In this document: piece after piece, positions 62,501-64,000 of the stretch
How positions within the stretch are numbered: position 1 is the first letter of the stretch
Layout of the letters: every line of letters starts with the position of its first letter
Assembly: GCA_020891255.1 (NCBI GenBank)
Contig: BQFW01000002.1
Location: 434,001 to 498,000, forward strand
From: Entomortierella parvispora E1425
Taxonomy: Eukaryota; Fungi; Mortierellomycota
Reading direction: 5' to 3'
Length of the DNA: 64,000 nt
The notes under the pieces: generated by a model
Told to the model about the DNA's origin: nothing
What the model saw: the letters and a program-made list of their open reading frames with translations, nothing else
Database searches by the model: none
Translations under genes and position numbers: made by a program

Positions 62501-63967
62501 TCCCATTCGATGGGCTGCCATGATCTTGGCTCCACCGTTCTGCTGGAGAGCAGCAATTATTGCAGCTCGTTGCAACACGTCCTTTCGGGCCTGAGACGTA
62601 AGCGACGGCAAAGAGGATCGAGGCTGAAGATTTGAGCCTCCCGATATCGTGCCTCCTGACCCTAGTGCTCCACCTACATCACCACCTCCACTGCCACTTT
62701 CACCAAGAAAGCCGGAATGGTCTATTCCTAGTAGAGTTCCAGTGCTTCCTGCCACCCCAGCCAAAAAGGCCGAGGAGGCAGATGCAGTCATGGTCAGTCC
62801 AGCCGCTAAACTGCCACCGAGTCCACTATTTCCCTCAGACCCAGCGTGACTGCTGTTGCCACCAAGGTAGCTCTTTGCCGACTGGTGATGATGACTGACG
62901 ATCGCCAGAGCAGAGGCCATACTTTCTCCTACCATGGCTGCACCGGTGACACCGCTTCCGCTGCTGTTACCGTTGCTATCGATCATGACTAGGTCATTAT
63001 GAGGGTCCTCGAGGTCTAAAAGTGAGATGGCGTCGGATCCACACATGGTTCGGTGAGAGGCACCTTGCCCGTGTTCTCCACCTGTCTCTGATCCTGAAGA
63101 CGAGTCACCGCCTGTTGCTGCTGTCGTTGTTCCTGAGGGGGTCGCAGAAAGACTAAAGTACGAGTTCTGAGATGGTCCGTTCGCATTCAGGAAGGCCAGG
63201 GTATCAGCCCGAGACATGGTCAAAGATGCTCCCGCAGACGCTGGCGGCGAGAGTTGACCAAGGGCTGCTAGATTGAAGCCCGCGTACCGTTGATTGGGTA
63301 GGATATGAGGCGCTGCCAGAGGCGTCGAGGACAGTTTTGAGGTGGACAGAGGTCGGCTAAGGACCTTTCCTGAGGGCGAGCGAGAATCCGGGGCGGCTGT
63401 TGCAAGGGAGGATGACGAAGGAAGAGGGTGGGGTAGAAGATGACTCCGCCGAGGGGCCAATGCAAGTTGGTAACTGCCAGACTCCGTTGAGGGCTGTGCA
63501 GTACCTTGTACTGGAGAACTTCTTCCAGAATTATGACTACGGTCACTTTGGAGGCTCTCTACGGAAGAGGCCATGGAGGTCCCCGAGTCCTTCTTATGAA
63601 GAGTGGCTGCCGATGCCGTAAAAGATGAAAGGCCGTCTTCTTTCTGGACGCCACTGATGGTGCTCTCAGGAGGCGTGATCATCAATGTTGGAGACAGGGG
63701 CAGAGCGGGTGATGCGGACTCAGACACTGTTGAAGCTGCTGTGGAAGTCGTGGCGGTTGTTGTTGTCGTCGATGGGGTGGCAGCTTTGGTCGAGATAGCA
63801 AGTAGTTTGTTTGGTAGCAACGAAGCCTTCAGGATAGCAGCTGAAGACTCCCCAGCCTCATCCAATGTTTGCTCGCCCATTCTTGTAATGAGAGACGCGA
63901 GACTGTATGAGGAAGTCAAAGGGAACAAGGTGGGTGGAGGAGTTTGACAAAGTTGGGATGATGGCAC
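59541..63967 (-). CDS. PH plus FYVE domain protein, 5'-truncated by the window edge
   Basis: Split PH domain (PLLANGRILVHS...|QLYLFSDVLVSGTK...FACIVLFESAQLRDGFLKLLNETI) and FYVE finger (WVRDEDAAICMVCSITKFGVLVRKHHCRLCGRVICWKC...VCLDC). The ORF-track start at 63967 is GTG just after a CAG acceptor, so upstream exons lie outside the window. Confidence 0.82.
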
Positions 63968-64000
63968 TGAATCAGTGGCAAGTTGTATCTAGTTGGATTT

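Overview
Eukaryotic, intron-rich fungal genomic DNA. Gene families, intron style and polyQ-rich proteins are most consistent with Mortierellaceae (inference, not proven). Host genes in order: a decayed FAD-monooxygenase 3' fragment, PMT1, tRNA-Ser(CGA), a bHLH factor, a UPF0303/HbpS-like protein, a Zn2Cys6 factor, an 8-Cys single-pass membrane protein missed by the ORF track, a THUMP-type RNA methyltransferase, a 7TM receptor, a 980-aa TagF-like/EEP fusion protein, Pmp3, a GCFC/Ntr2-like splicing factor, profilin, an Nro1/Ett1-like helical protein, eIF2-beta, mitochondrial S4 (NAM9), a polyQ hypothetical protein, GOT1 and a 5'-truncated PH-FYVE protein. The main structural feature is an 11.6-kb stack of two DNA transposons (42936-54513) about 130 bp upstream of the eIF2-beta start codon. 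The first is an AcademH-type element (42936-49826) with 255-bp TIRs, a RecQ helicase, an intact DDE transposase, an extra zinc-finger gene and internal tandem arrays. The second is a MULE/SWIM element (49835-54504) that inserted into the last base and right TSD of the first. Both 9-bp TSDs (ACTTTGTCC and AACTTTGTC) can be read from the sequence, which fixes the insertion order and the empty site. The most unusual host gene is the intron-containing fusion of a bacterial-type CDP-polyol phosphotransferase (TagF-like) domain with a bacterial-type EEP phosphoesterase. All calls are from manual reading and motif recognition; no database searches were run.
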